A stretch of 64,000 bases of DNA from Oikopleura dioica (lineage: Eukaryota; Animalia; Chordata): assembly GCA_907165135.1 (NCBI GenBank), contig OU015567.1, positions 11,718,001 through 11,782,000 of the forward strand, given 5' to 3'. Below are positions 60,237 to 64,000 of this stretch, one piece after another (the first letter of the stretch is position 1; each line of letters begins with the position of its first letter). A model generated the notes under the pieces. The model worked only from the letters and a program-made list of their open reading frames with translations. It did no database searches and had not been told where the DNA came from. The translations under genes were made by a program, and so were the position numbers.

Positions 60237-60491
60237 CAGTCTGAAGGTGTTTTCAAGTTTATTCAGAATCGGAGAAAAGCACAGATATAATAATCCTACT
60301 GTATAAATAATTAAAACATGACAGGCATTATTCGATAAGGGGTTATGATTCATAACTTATGAATACTTCGCTAAAAAGATGACTATTTCTAGCCTATTGC
60401 ACCGTTGAAAATTGAACTAATTTTTTGTTTGTTTGGGAGTTTCTGGGAAGACACTTGTGGGCTGAAACGTTTTTCAGTTGTCGAATTCGAT

Positions 60492-61401
60492 TTAGAGTTC
60501 ATCTTGCTTGGAGAAGTATTTGACCTTGTCGTTAGGGTTGGGGATGATGGTAGCTTTGCCTGGCTTCCATCCGGCTGGGCAGACCTCTCCGTGCTTGTCG
60601 ACGTACTGGAAGGCTTGGACGAGTCGAAGGGTTTCGTCGACATCGCTACGAAAAAATATTATATTAGTGCTGAATACACCGTTGATATCTTACCGGCCGA
60701 CTGGGAGATCGTTGATGGTAATTTGTCGGATGACCTGATCAGGATCGATGATGAAAAGACCTCGGAGAGTGATTCCTTGATCCTCAAGAAGAACACCATA
60801 GTCACGCGAGATCGATTTGGTCAAGTCTGATACAAGAGGGATGTTCATCTTTCCGAGACCACCTTCTTTTCGTGGAGTCTTGGTCCAGGCAAGATGGGTA
60901 AAGTGAGAGTCAACAGAAGCGGCAACGACTTCGGCGCCAATGGCTCGGAATTCTTCGACTCGGTCGCTAAAATCGGTGAAAAATTGAAGGTCTAAGGGGA
61001 CGAGCTACCTGAAGGCGATAATTTCAGTGGGGCAGACAAATGTGAAGTCGAGGGGATAGAAGAAGAAGACAAGGTACTTGCCCTTGTAATCAGAGAGCGA
61101 GACCTGCTGGAAATCACCGTCAACGACAGCTTCGGCAGTAAATGCTGGAGCAGGCTTGCCAATGGCAGCCTAAAACACTTTGAGCCTTTCAATTTTCAAT
61201 GGAGTACTGAAATGAGTACAAATTCTTATGATAACTGAGTAAATTTAATCCCTACACATCACCTAAACTTACAGTATGAGTCTTAATCTTTCGTGACTTC
61301 TTTATTCGCAAAATTTGAGCTTCATAATCTAAACTTTAAGCTCCTACCTTGAGATCTCCAACGGCAGCGGCCAAAGCAACAAAAATCGAGAGCAACTTCA
61401 T
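60492..61401 (-). CDS. PRDX4: Typical 2-Cys peroxiredoxin with signal peptide (PRDX4-type)
   Basis: [15 protein letters not shown] signal, [40 protein letters not shown], ending KYFSKQDEL*. Confidence 0.85.
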
Positions 61402-62091
61402 TCTGATGCAAAAAATCATCATCAAAAAGTTTTTTTGTGAATTGCATAAATGCTCTTTATAAATATAAAAAAGGCGTTGATTGCGAGTTTGTTTGTTCTA
61501 AATTTTAAGAAATGATTTCTTACAATGGCGGGTCTAGCAAGAATAAGGATTTTGGATAGTGTTAGATCGAGGAGGATAGGCAAGAATATTGTCGTCGGTG
61601 ATAAATATATTTTAGGACCGACTCAAAAATTAATCATTTTTCTCAAATAACCAGTTGCGGCTTCTGTTAGATAAGATTATTATTTATAATTAAGATAATC
61701 TAAATAGATTCAATAATCCTTTGAATCTAATTCCGAATAGATCATTTTCTGCAACTTATAAAAATAAAATAACGAGAATAAATTGAAAACGATGATAAAA
61801 GTCTCTTTTATAATTGAAGAATATCGGCACAGCAATGAAAATATAAAGAAAGACTCAATTGCACTTAGATTATAAAGACGCGAAGGTAAAAAGCGTTTCA
61901 AGTGAGGTGAGAATTGTTCAAGAACACACAATGATAAAATAAAGTATAAAAACCAGCGCGTTTTATCTGAGTTTTAGGTCATAAGTGCGCAGATGATAAG
62001 ATAGGTTTTGAACAGTGAGGAAATAAATTAATTCCCGAAAACTGTCGTCTCAGACCAAGAAAGAAAAGCAATCAAGGGGAGATGCCCTTAA

Positions 62092-62772
62092 GGGGGTCCC
62101 CAACGATTTTTCCGAAATTGGCCATTTTCGACCGGCGCTCACGCCGACACAGACTTATATTTTTCAAAAATTTTTTCACGTACAAGTAGGTCAAACCTAG
62201 ATCTAGTGAAGCGTATCTCAGATTCTTTAAAATTCAACCACATCTTGCGCAACGGCGCCGAGAAGGAAAGCATCTCGCAGATAATCGCGTGTTTGGCCAT
62301 TTTTTCACCTGAGATTACTCCAAAAATTTAGGTTACAAAAAAAATTTTTTCTGCTGTTTCTTAAAGCTCTAACACTAATCTAGTGAAGCGTCTCTCAGTT
62401 TTTTCTATTTCCAGAAAATGATTATGTAACAAAGACGATCAAAAAAATGTACGATTTCGGAAATTTCAATCATGTAAATTGCCCTCTGGGCATAACCCAA
62501 ACCCATATTTTCGGGCATTTTCAGAAAGCTTAGCTCATAGCCTTTCTAAAAAGGTGCTATGTGCGACCCTTAGACAACTATAAAAAAGGGTTGATTTTTC
62601 AATTTTTATGAAGATGAAGCAAAATTGGTAACTTCAAGGTCGATTTTAGACACTTTTTTCTACAAAAATCGAAAAATGCTAGAGACCTTTTTTGCAGCTT
62701 TTTGCACGAGGAATTCAGATCTGAAGAGAAAAAAATCTAATTCGCAAAATCGCAAAATCGTGGGGGACCCCC
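62092..62772. mobile_element. 681-bp TTAA-flanked MITE with GG termini (Kolobok-like), intergenic
   Basis: TTAA at 62088-62091 and 62773-62776. 19-bp TIR GGGGGTCCCC(A/C)ACGATTTT. Internal direct repeat ATCTAGTGAAGCGT at ~62201 and ~62378. Confidence 0.8.
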
Positions 62773-63135
62773 TTAATTCAATTCCAAGCACTGATAACGA
62801 GCATTGGTGCAATTGTAAAATATAGAAATAGAAAAGGCCTCTCTTATAGCCGATTAGAAACAGAAAGCCTGATAGCGGTTATTTTTTTTTTTTTGAAATT
62901 TTAAATATATAAATTGCTAGAAATTTTCGATAAGGCTAGAGTTTTGGTTGAGATTGTTGAGCTGGTAATACAGATTCAGTCCGATCTCGAGCGATCTCTT
63001 GGTTTGTGGCAGTAGTGGATTCGGCAGCGTCGTTTTTATCAGTTTTTTTTGTTACTCGGCGAGACAGAGCGGAGATGGGGTTTAGGTAAGGTCTTTCCGA
63101 GCAATTCAAAAGGGCATCAAGGGAGCTCACGCGTA

Positions 63136-64000
63136 TCACGTGTCGTCGCTGTTTACTTCGTCTGGGAACAGCTTCATCGCAAGTTGCGTTCTCGTTCCAA
63201 GCCCTAGATTATCAATTTTACGATTGATTCAATCAATGAACTTCAGAAGTTCATTTAGCATTGAGTTAGTTTAGCAATCTTAAAATAGGGCAAATCCGAC
63301 AATCAATCCGCTTGATTGATTTCACGACAATTAACCCGCCGTAAATGTCAAAGACAGGGAGCTTATGACATTAAGTCTACTCTTTTTACCTTCGGCATTA
63401 GACCGTTCACATCTATCCACCGCTCCATCGCCTCTCTTCACGCTGCACTGGCGCAGCGTCCATCTTCTCTTCAACGCAGGTTCTACTGCTCGGAAAACAT
63501 GGAGCTCCGAGTTTTCCATAAACAATTCGTATCTAGATTGAATCCGTTAAGAGCGGGTCATACGAGTTTGGCGCTTACAAGTCGATGTTATCAATGAGAT
63601 CTTGATTCTTTTGACTCTTCTGAGCAAATTTGCTACGGGCTGCCATGTAGTCCGAGTTAAAGAAGCATGTTTCGTCGAAGCTAGAAATGACAGTATTACT
63701 CACTATCGTTAGGTGTCGTTGGTACCTATAGATATCGAAATGGCCAGTTGATCCTTTGATTTCGATCTCTTCCTTGACATCAGGCGCTATCTCCTTGTTA
63801 AACTGCGTAAAAGGCACGGGGAAGTACGCTTGCCATCCTGAATTCCAGTTTCAATGGCTGGTAATCCTAATGGTCAATTACCTGCTATCGCGTTCATTCG
63901 ACACCTGTCAAACAGATCTGCATTGACGTCTGCGTGGGGTGAGGCGAGGAAGAAGAGAGAGTCCGCCGTGAACTTCTTAGTTCGGACAATCACGTCCAGA
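63136..64000 (-). CDS. CHPF: Chondroitin polymerising factor (CHPF/CHPF2), C-terminal part; 5' end outside the window
   Basis: DRCRMNAIAGWQAYFPVPFTQFN, CFFNSDYMAARSK, LHVFRAVEPAL, RCERSNAEGLGTRTQLAMKLF. Confidence 0.9.

Noticed and set aside
1-64000. tRNA, rRNA or snRNA genes
   Set aside because: No convincing cloverleaf or rRNA motifs were seen by eye; a tRNAscan/Infernal run would be needed to exclude them.

Overview
Very compact eukaryotic (animal) genomic DNA, most likely an appendicularian tunicate such as Oikopleura dioica. This is an inference from about 25 genes in 64 kb, many 30-50 nt introns, several GA-, GG- and GC-AG introns, and runs of closely spaced co-oriented genes. Genes in order: end of a polycystin-type channel, EYA, a ~2000-aa secreted Cys/Thr-repeat protein with a 2OG-Fe(II) dioxygenase gene nested antisense in one intron, RGS22, ALDH8A1, RENBP, a low-complexity RGG protein, an Na/Ca exchanger, ACSL, a Golgi sulfotransferase, a GT31 glycosyltransferase, a divergent class-B GPCR, then a minus-strand run (unknown gene, ALKBH2-like, SLC30A9, BRIX1, RNASEH1, an RNase H1 hybrid-binding-domain-only paralog, NADK, PTGR3, GTF2H2, PRDX4, CHPF). 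Eight non-autonomous inverted-repeat elements with readable target-site duplications are present. Most notable: (1) a 2.7-kb near-perfect foldback element (TTA TSD, GGG ends) whose centre is two head-to-head arrays of a 56-bp hairpin minisatellite, inside the last NCX intron; (2) two related hAT MITEs inserted in coding exons whose CAG|GG ends could let them be spliced out in frame as non-canonical introns; (3) a hybrid-binding-domain-only gene with KK->EE charge reversal directly upstream of RNASEH1; (4) an ALKBH2-like protein that has lost its Fe/2OG ligands. All exon structures and alignments were read by eye and are unverified by computation.
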